In this document: positions 57,596-64,000 of the stretch, piece by piece
Position numbering within the stretch: position 1 is the stretch's first letter
Layout of the letters: every line of letters begins with the position of its first letter
IMG/VR virus record: IMGVR_UViG_3300031576_000021
Span: 24,218 to 88,217 of that record
DNA from: a virus
Length of the DNA: 64,000 nt
Strand: one strand, 5' to 3'
Program-made: the position numbers and the translations under genes
The notes under the pieces: generated by a model
Told to the model about the DNA's origin: nothing
What the model saw: only the letters and a program-made list of their open reading frames with translations
The model's database searches: none

Positions 57596-60519
57596 CGCTC
57601 GACGACCTGATCACCGGCTTGATGGCCGATGTGATGAAAGCGCCGCACGGCAACTTCTGTCATCCAGGTCGCCGTGGACTCCGCGGAGGAGCCGGGCCCC
57701 ACACGCCGCACAGTCGGCTCCGCTTCCGCGTCGCGCAGCACCGGGTCGGCATCGGCGGCAGCTTCGCCCCGACCTACCCGGCTACGGTACGGGCGCCCGA
57801 CATCCCCCTCGTGCCGGTCGAGAAAGATCACGCCGAAACCGCCGCAGCCCGGGTCGCACGGCGTTGGGCACGTATCCTCCCGCGCTTGGAGACTCGGATC
57901 GGCGATGGGTTGCGCTCCCTCGAAGCGGCCGTGCTCGCCGCCTGGCGCTCGGTCTACCTGGAGGAGCGGCCGAAGCTCCAGCGGGCGTTGCGTGGCGAGG
58001 CAGCGGGCGCCGACGCGCTCCGCGAGCTGGCCGACGAGCTACTCGCCGCCTACGTCGAGAACCTCGCCGAGCGCCGGATCGTGCCCGTGCTCCGCGAAGC
58101 GGCGAGCCGCACATCGCTCGCCGAGGCGGCGCCGCTCGTGCTGGCCCGGGTGCCGGCCATGTTCGATGCGGCCTTCCAGCCCCTCTGGCAGCGCATCGTC
58201 TCCTTCAGTAGCCTCCGCGAAGCAGAGAAGGCGGCCGAGCCCAGGCCGCGGGTGTCGCCTGGCGCGGAGCTGATTCCTGAGGGTGTAAGTCGCCGGCAAC
58301 GCTACAGGATTCAGACGGCGGGGGATGATCGGGTGTGTTTCCTAGCTGGGACGCCCATCACCATTGAGGGCCGGGCCATCGCATGGGCTGCGAGTAGGAC
58401 GGACGCGGTGAGCCTGCTGTTCCTTGCGGATCGTGTACTGGCCGGGACGCCCGACCACCCGATCTGGAAATGCGGGCACGGCTGGATGCGATTGTCCGAA
58501 TTGCAGCCCGGTGATTGCGTGCAGAGTATCGAACAGCAACCGATCGAGGTGATCGGGCGGGTAGACTTGGTCCTCGTCGATATGCAACACGGACCATCCG
58601 ACCTCGCGCAGTCGCTTGTCCCGTCGGAGATCCTTCGCCGGGTCATGCCAATAGCGGCCGTCTACTTCGAGGGCCAGCTTGAGATCGCAGAAGGCAAAGT
58701 CCAGGGCGAAGCGACCGACCCGATACTCCTGCTCGTAGCGCATGGACAAACGATCGAGCGCCTCGCGGACTTGCCGCTCCGGCCAGGTTTCCAGGTTGGA
58801 GAATCGGTAGCAGGCGACGCTGCAAAATTGGCGGCGCGCGTTCTTGGGTTGCTTGCGGAAGTGTCGCCCACAGCTCCGGCAGGGAACGATCTCGGGTGGC
58901 CGGCGGCATGTCTCGGAGCAGTGGCGATACGGTCCGTTCGTGGCGACCCGGAACATGGACCCGCAGCGCTCGCAGGCACGGCGGACGATGCTGCGTCGCT
59001 TGCAGTCGCTGCATTGTTTGTACCTGGAGAGACTCGACTGACTTATTCGGAATGTCCGCAGACACTTTGGGCACGTGAACGGTCGAGTCTGCCGCATCCC
59101 CTTGAGCGTGCCAGCACAGCCGCGGCTGCACGTCGGGACGGCGGCATGCTTGCGGCGGGCGTTGGGGAACCAGCAGATCTTGCCGCACACTGGGCAGGGG
59201 ACGCCGCGTTGCTCCCGCTTCACCTGCTTGAGCTGGAGCGCGCATGGCCAGCTACACGTCGGAACGGTAGTCGGACGCTGCGGGCGGCCAGGCTGCAACC
59301 AGAACATGTTGCTGCATATCGGGCATGGGACATCGCGTCCCCGTGCATCGCTGCGACGCCTGGGTGGCGTCCAGCCCTGGTCGAGTGGTTTAGCGATGGC
59401 CCTGGCTTTGTCGTCCATAGTGTCGAGGTCGCCCCACATCCTGAGTACCACGCGCTGGGCATTCGCGTACATAATTGCCCGGTCTGCGAGTACATTTCCG
59501 AGTTACGGGGTAGCTTCAAACTCGCCGACGCACTCGCCGCGTTCGATTCGTTCTTGGATGCCGTAGAGGAGGATGTCCTCTCTGACGTGGTGGAGTCGGT
59601 CCCCTTCCCACGCATCGACGATATCGATGGCCTCACGGCTCGCGAGCTGTCCTCTCTCGGCGTTCTCTTGCCCCCGTTCCATCCAAACTGCTTACCTGGC
59701 GACGCGCTCGTAGCGGCCGGCAGCGTTACGGCGACGAGTGAACGGCGGTACAAAGGTGAGTTGCTCGTCGTCCGCACGGCCGGCGGCGAGATGCTCCCCT
59801 GTACCCCAAACCACCCGGTACTCACGCAGCGTGGTTGGGTGGGCGCATGTTTCCTGGTGGAAGGCGACGATCTGCTCCGCTGCGGCATCCCCGAGCGGGT
59901 AGTGGGTGCTGATGACGACGATGAACACGTGCCATCCCGCATCGAAGAGATGGCGCATGCGCCGTTCGTGCCGGGCCGCATGGTGTCCCGTGAAGTGCCA
60001 GTCTCCGCCCCAGACTTCCACGGCGACGGGGGAGGCTCCGAGGTCGCAGTTGTACTGACCGATCGCTTGCTGCGGAATGGTCACCAGGCCATGTGCCGAG
60101 AGCATCGCATGCAGTCTTCTCTCGTGATGGCTCATCCGACCCAATCGCTGGATGGTCTGGGCTTTCCGTCTGAGTTCCTCTTGGCTGGCAACCCGGCCAC
60201 GCACGGCCTCATGGGCCGCCTGCGTAAGGGCCGCACGCTGTTCGGGCGTCGCGTTCGCCATTCGGAGGAACATGCCGTCGGAGCGCCCACGTGGCGCAAT
60301 CCCAGCCTCGATCAAATGCCGGCGGATGACGCCCCTGGAGACGCCATGCTGCTGCGCGAGCGCCTTCTCAGACAGCCTGGGATAGTTGCGGATCAGCTGC
60401 GTGGTATCGAGGTCCAGTCGTTTCATGGGAAGGTCTACAACTGCGAGACCAAGGCCGGCTGGTATGTAGCAAACGGCCTGGTGACGCACAACTGCCGCTG
60501 CGGCATCGTGTTCATCTAG
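57589..60519 (+). CDS. MuF/SPP1 gp7-like head morphogenesis protein with two inteins
   Basis: Spliced product restores DDRV|CPVC and PPFHPN|CRC; lies between portal and protease. Confidence 0.9.
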   Translation: MLTLDDLITGLMADVMKAPHGNFCHPGRRGLRGGAGPHTPHSRLRFRVAQHRVGIGGSFAPTYPATVRAPDIPLVPVEKDHAETAAARVARRWARILPRLETRIGDGLRSLEAAVLAAWRSVYLEERPKLQRALRGEAAGADALRELADELLAAYVENLAERRIVPVLREAASRTSLAEAAPLVLARVPAMFDAAFQPLWQRIVSFSSLREAEKAAEPRPRVSPGAELIPEGVSRRQRYRIQTAGDDRVCFLAGTPITIEGRAIAWAASRTDAVSLLFLADRVLAGTPDHPIWKCGHGWMRLSELQPGDCVQSIEQQPIEVIGRVDLVLVDMQHGPSDLAQSLVPSEILRRVMPIAAVYFEGQLEIAEGKVQGEATDPILLLVAHGQTIERLADLPLRPGFQVGESVAGDAAKLAARVLGLLAEVSPTAPAGNDLGWPAACLGAVAIRSVRGDPEHGPAALAGTADDAASLAVAALFVPGETRLTYSECPQTLWARERSSLPHPLERASTAAAARRDGGMLAAGVGEPADLAAHWAGDAALLPLHLLELERAWPATRRNGSRTLRAARLQPEHVAAYRAWDIASPCIAATPGWRPALVEWFSDGPGFVVHSVEVAPHPEYHALGIRVHNCPVCEYISELRGSFKLADALAAFDSFLDAVEEDVLSDVVESVPFPRIDDIDGLTARELSSLGVLLPPFHPNCLPGDALVAAGSVTATSERRYKGELLVVRTAGGEMLPCTPNHPVLTQRGWVGACFLVEGDDLLRCGIPERVVGADDDDEHVPSRIEEMAHAPFVPGRMVSREVPVSAPDFHGDGGGSEVAVVLTDRLLRNGHQAMCREHRMQSSLVMAHPTQSLDGLGFPSEFLLAGNPATHGLMGRLRKGRTLFGRRVRHSEEHAVGAPTWRNPSLDQMPADDAPGDAMLLRERLLRQPGIVADQLRGIEVQSFHGKVYNCETKAGWYVANGLVTHNCRCGIVFI
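58336..59475 (+). other. MuF intein A (380 aa)
   Basis: CFLAGTPI, GTPDHPI, VHSVEV...IRVHN|C. Confidence 0.85.
58342..59472 (-). CDS. Antisense DUF559/Vsr-like endonuclease with about five Zn modules inside intein A (start 59472 or 59418)
   Basis: Repeated CxxC...CSxxC; TWPE...EQEYRVGRFALDFA...LALEVDGRYWH...D.RRD..L...GW.VLHI. Confidence 0.85.
   Translation of the reverse strand: MYANAQRVVLRMWGDLDTMDDKARAIAKPLDQGWTPPRRRSDARGRDVPCPICSNMFWLQPGRPQRPTTVPTCSWPCALQLKQVKREQRGVPCPVCGKICWFPNARRKHAAVPTCSRGCAGTLKGMRQTRPFTCPKCLRTFRISQSSLSRYKQCSDCKRRSIVRRACERCGSMFRVATNGPYRHCSETCRRPPEIVPCRSCGRHFRKQPKNARRQFCSVACYRFSNLETWPERQVREALDRLSMRYEQEYRVGRFALDFAFCDLKLALEVDGRYWHDPAKDLRRDKRLREVGWSVLHIDEDQVYPPDHLDRLLFDTLHAITGLQFGQSHPAVPAFPDRVVGRPGQYTIRKEQQAHRVRPTRSPCDGPALNGDGRPS
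59689..60492 (+). other. MuF intein B (268 aa)
   Basis: CLPGDALV, CTPNHPVL, VYNCET...LVTHN|C. Confidence 0.9.
59692..60489 (-). CDS. Antisense HTH plus DUF559/Vsr-like endonuclease inside intein B (start 60489 or 60426)
   Basis: SEKALAQQHGVSRGVIRRHL HTH; S..E...QQAIGQYNCDLG...VAVEVWGGDWH...R...L...GW.V. Confidence 0.8.
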   Translation of the reverse strand: MRHQAVCYIPAGLGLAVVDLPMKRLDLDTTQLIRNYPRLSEKALAQQHGVSRGVIRRHLIEAGIAPRGRSDGMFLRMANATPEQRAALTQAAHEAVRGRVASQEELRRKAQTIQRLGRMSHHERRLHAMLSAHGLVTIPQQAIGQYNCDLGASPVAVEVWGGDWHFTGHHAARHERRMRHLFDAGWHVFIVVISTHYPLGDAAAEQIVAFHQETCAHPTTLREYRVVWGTGEHLAAGRADDEQLTFVPPFTRRRNAAGRYERVAR

Positions 60520-60590
60520 CCGACCTGGCTAACCGACCTGCGTAACCGATACGGTTCGTCCTACGTCGTCGGCGCGTCATACCTCCAGCC

Positions 60591-61307
60591 GTGGGGCAGC
60601 TGCGCTCCCTATCCACCAGAAAGGCCGAGGCCGCTGCGGCGGGGATCGAGGCCGAGCTACGGTTGCGCATCACGCCCGGTGGGGTGATCGCGCCCGCGCC
60701 GTCGACTGTCTTTTCGCGGCACGACGTGGTCTCGAAGCGCGAAGCGCCCGAGCTACGTATCGGCTGGTGGGAGGTCTACGGGCCACAAGATCTCGACACG
60801 CACGGCGAGTTCATGCGGGCTGAAGAGGTTCGCAAGATGGGGCACTCGTTCATCGGGCGCCTCGTGTTGAAGGGCCATTTCGGGATCGACGTCGACCATG
60901 ATCGCAAGCCCGGCCGGGCCGTCCCCGTCGAGAGCTTCATCGCTCGTCCCGGCGATCCGGACTTCACGCCGTTCTGGTGGGTGCTCGGTATTCATTTCCT
61001 CGACGTCCGGCTGTGGGACTCGGTGCGGAAGGGCGAGCACGCATCGTTGTCGTTCCAGGGCCGTGTCATGCTGAATGAGGTCGACATGCTGGTCGACGCA
61101 GCAACGACGAAGGTCGGCAGCACGACGATGGTGGCCGACCACACCCACTCGTTCGAGGTCCAACTCGACGACACAGGTAGCGTCATCGGTGGCCGCACGT
61201 CGACCGAGCAGGGCCACTCACATCCCATCACGGAGAACGTCCGGACGGGGATGGTCAACGGCCACCGGCACGGGTTCGCCCTGCCGCGCTTCGTGGAGGC
61301 AGCATGA
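60591..61307 (+). CDS. XkdF-like prohead serine protease with His-rich C-terminus
   Basis: VYxPxxxDTHGEFM, IDVDHD, VESFIA, LWxxVRKGE..SLS; HTH/GHSH/GHRH. Confidence 0.8.
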   Translation: MGQLRSLSTRKAEAAAAGIEAELRLRITPGGVIAPAPSTVFSRHDVVSKREAPELRIGWWEVYGPQDLDTHGEFMRAEEVRKMGHSFIGRLVLKGHFGIDVDHDRKPGRAVPVESFIARPGDPDFTPFWWVLGIHFLDVRLWDSVRKGEHASLSFQGRVMLNEVDMLVDAATTKVGSTTMVADHTHSFEVQLDDTGSVIGGRTSTEQGHSHPITENVRTGMVNGHRHGFALPRFVEAA

Positions 61308-62611
61308 AGCAGCTCCGGCGCGTAATCGAGCTGAGCGGGGCGCAGGTGGATTTCGTCAGCGTAGTGAAGCGCGGGGCCAATCGGCGTCCGACGATCACGA
61401 TGAAGGACGACGAGCCGGACACCCAGTCGTCGATGGTGAAGCGGCTCAAGTCCGGCATCGCGATGTTCAAGCAGATGCTCGGCGCCATCGCGCCCGACGA
61501 GGTCGAAGGCGAGGCAGCCGGCCGGATCGTGCAGCAACTGATCGTCTCGAAGGCAGCCTACGAGCGCACCGCTGCCGAGCAGTGGGCGAAGGAGCACGGG
61601 TTCCGCGCCGACGTGACCAGCGAAACCGATGTCGCCTACCGCCTGGAGCAATTCGATGCCGGCGATGCCATCGGCGACTTGGTATCGGCGTCCGATGAGG
61701 AGCGCGAGGCGGCCGAGTTCCCCGATGGGATCGGGGCCGTCGTGTGCGATGGGCACCGCAAGGCGGGCCGCACCGTAGCCACGCGCGAGGCGACCAAGGG
61801 ATTCGGACCCGGCTCGCCGTTCGATTTTACGTCGTTCGACGCAGCGCTTGCCGACGTCACGTTGATGACCGGCGGCACGGCGTCCATGTCTCAGTCGTGC
61901 TCGATGCTCGAAATGGTCGTGATGAACGTGCTGAATAGCCCAGACGTCACGGACAAGAAGGCGGCGGTCAGCGACGTGCTGGATCAGTTCGCGGCGCATA
62001 TTCGTCGGCTGATCGGCGGCATCCCGGCCGACGCCCTGAAGACGGAACACACGCGGGCGCAGCTGGGGCTCGCAGTGGCCATGCTCGAAGACGATCGGAT
62101 CGACGATGCCCGGGACGCGCTGACGCGCCTCGCCGGCAAGCAGGAGGATGGAATGACCAAGGACCAGGAGCAGAAGATCGACACGCTTGCCGAGGCGGTG
62201 AACGGACTCGTGACGGTCCTGAAGGCCGAGCGCGAGGAGAAGATCGCCGTCGAGGCTGCGCGCGTCAAGGCCGAAGCGGACCGGATCGAGGCGGAGCGCA
62301 AGAAGACCGAAACGCCTCCGGCACTCGCGCCCGAAGTCGAGGCGCGGCTGGCGGCGGTCGAGACGGCGGTCAAGCCGCTCGAAGGGATCGAAGAGCGGAT
62401 CGCGACGAAGGTCGCGGAGTCGATCACGCCGAAGGTGCAGCAGCTGGAGACCCGGGTGAAGTCGCAGGAGGCGCGCCCGCGGCAGCGACTCGGTATCGCC
62501 GAGACGACGAAGTCGCCCGAGGATCACGCCAGCGCAGCGAACGGCCAGGGTGGGATCTTCGACAGTGCCTTCCCGCCGGAGTTCGCTGCGGGTACGGCAA
62601 CCGCCGAGTAA
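61304..62611 (+). CDS. Capsid scaffolding/assembly protein
   Basis: VDFVSVVKRGANR; long coiled coil; directly before MCP. Confidence 0.7.
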   Translation: MKQLRRVIELSGAQVDFVSVVKRGANRRPTITMKDDEPDTQSSMVKRLKSGIAMFKQMLGAIAPDEVEGEAAGRIVQQLIVSKAAYERTAAEQWAKEHGFRADVTSETDVAYRLEQFDAGDAIGDLVSASDEEREAAEFPDGIGAVVCDGHRKAGRTVATREATKGFGPGSPFDFTSFDAALADVTLMTGGTASMSQSCSMLEMVVMNVLNSPDVTDKKAAVSDVLDQFAAHIRRLIGGIPADALKTEHTRAQLGLAVAMLEDDRIDDARDALTRLAGKQEDGMTKDQEQKIDTLAEAVNGLVTVLKAEREEKIAVEAARVKAEADRIEAERKKTETPPALAPEVEARLAAVETAVKPLEGIEERIATKVAESITPKVQQLETRVKSQEARPRQRLGIAETTKSPEDHASAANGQGGIFDSAFPPEFAAGTATAE

Positions 62612-62654
62612 TCGAGCAAGCCACAGCGGACAGGATGAGGAGGAGGAGACGATC

Positions 62655-63566
62655 ATGAATCGAAGACTGGTGACCCGCGAAAAGGCGGATCTGACGCTCG
62701 CCGATCTGGCGAGTGGTGGCTTGCTCACGCCCGAGCAGTCCAGCGAGTTTTTTCGGCAGCTGATCATCCAGCCCACGCTGCTTCAGTTGGCCCGGGTCGT
62801 GCCGATGTCGAAGCCGAAGCGCGAGGTGAACAAGATCGGCTTCGGGGCTCGCGTGCTGCACGCCGCTCCGGCACAGGTCGTGGGCACCTACCTCGCGGTG
62901 GGGAGCCGCACGGCGCCGACAATGGGCAAGGTGACGCTCGACGCCAAGGAGAAGATCGCCGAGCTGCATCTGCCGTACGACGTCCTCGAAGACAACATCG
63001 AGGGCAAGTCGATGGCGGACACCTGTGTGGCCATGCTGGCGGAGGCAGTGTCGCGGGACATCGAAGAGAGCGGGCTGCTGGGCGACACCGCCAGCGGCGA
63101 CGCCGATCTCGCCGTGCACGACGGCGTGCTCAAGCTGACCACCTCGAACGTCGTCAACGCGGGCGGCGCGCCGATCAGCTCGGACATCTTCAAGCGCTGC
63201 ATCAAGGCGATGCCGGATCAGTTCCTCCGGAACCGGAACGCCATGCGGTTCCTGGTGTCGGTCGACAACGAGACCGAGTACCGGGACACGCAGGCGCAGC
63301 GGGCGACCGCGCTCGGCGATCAGATGTTGACCGGGACGAGCCCGGCCTTCGCCTACGGTGTGCCGGTCGATGGGGCATCCATGATGCCCGCCGCGAACGC
63401 GATCTTCACGAATCCGAAGAACGTGCTGTTCGGCTTCCATCGGGAAGTGTCGATGGAGTTCGACAAGGACATCCGGGCGCGCGTGTGGATCGTCGTGCTC
63501 ACGCTGCGGATGGACGTGAAGATCGAGGAAGAGATCGCAGTCGTCAAGGTCACGAACCTCGGGTAA
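62655..63566 (+). CDS. Major capsid protein (XkdG-like, HK97 fold)
   Basis: AGGAGG RBS; GGLLTPEQSSEF, LEDNIEG, TNPKN, LRMDVKIEEE. Confidence 0.9.
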   Translation: MNRRLVTREKADLTLADLASGGLLTPEQSSEFFRQLIIQPTLLQLARVVPMSKPKREVNKIGFGARVLHAAPAQVVGTYLAVGSRTAPTMGKVTLDAKEKIAELHLPYDVLEDNIEGKSMADTCVAMLAEAVSRDIEESGLLGDTASGDADLAVHDGVLKLTTSNVVNAGGAPISSDIFKRCIKAMPDQFLRNRNAMRFLVSVDNETEYRDTQAQRATALGDQMLTGTSPAFAYGVPVDGASMMPAANAIFTNPKNVLFGFHREVSMEFDKDIRARVWIVVLTLRMDVKIEEEIAVVKVTNLG

Positions 63567-63665
63567 TCCGAGTGGAGACCGGGTGATGGGATAGGCCGGG
63601 TGGGGAACGTGGCGCACGTTCCCTGACCCCGGCGCATGGCGAGTAGAACGCGAAAGGGACACGGG

Positions 63666-63983
63666 ATGACACACACGGCAACACTGGTAAACGGCGAACG
63701 GTATCAGGTGCGGGCCCCGAGTGGCTGGCTCACCTTCCTCAAAGGGGTGGCCCAGACAGTCGCGAGCGACGACGTCGAGATGCTCAAGAGCATCCGGACG
63801 CTCGACAAGAAGGGCAACGACGTGCCGGCGTTCAAGATCACCAGGCATGTCGATTCCGCAGGTGACGAAGTGCAGCCTGCGCCGACGGCCACCGCTCTCG
63901 TGACCGAAGACGATCAAGACGATCTGCCGGAGGATTTGGCTCCGGCGGTGCCCAGGCCACAGGCGCCGGAAGCAACGGAGTAG
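63666..63983 (+). CDS. Small head-associated hypothetical protein
   Basis: Follows MCP; TFLKGVAQTV; acidic tail. Confidence 0.55.
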   Translation: MTHTATLVNGERYQVRAPSGWLTFLKGVAQTVASDDVEMLKSIRTLDKKGNDVPAFKITRHVDSAGDEVQPAPTATALVTEDDQDDLPEDLAPAVPRPQAPEATE

Positions 63984-64000
63984 GAGGAGGGGACGATGAG

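Overview
The whole window reads as part of a GC-rich tailed-phage (Caudoviricetes) genome, almost entirely on the + strand. In order it holds: the 3' end of an intein-split M15 endolysin; a replication/recombination block (DnaQ exonuclease, two SNF2-type helicases, initiator plus DnaC-like loader, RecA, Hjc-like, Cas4-like, RuvC, SSB); a ParB-methyltransferase with a TerS-like gene; a HerA-like ATPase; accessory genes; a cluster of signal-peptide, Cys-rich fibre-like proteins; then TerL, portal, MuF, XkdF-like protease, scaffold and major capsid. No integrase is visible. Highlights: (1) Six inteins. The two in the MuF head gene carry no recognisable sense-strand endonuclease; each instead encodes a DUF559/Vsr-like endonuclease on the opposite strand, codon-aligned, with both strands open. 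(2) Two nested IS1-family elements, each with its own 8-bp target duplication. The inner one carries a transposase, an RHH repressor and a tRNA with a serine-type body but a leucine (CAA) anticodon, locked in a long leader/trailer stem and faced by an antisense promoter. The outer one is non-autonomous and carries a host pheA fragment. (3) A stand-alone ETR1-type ethylene/copper-binding membrane domain next to a holin-like gene. (4) A recurring TTGACACAA promoter, often leaderless. All product calls come from motif recognition by eye; no database searches were run.
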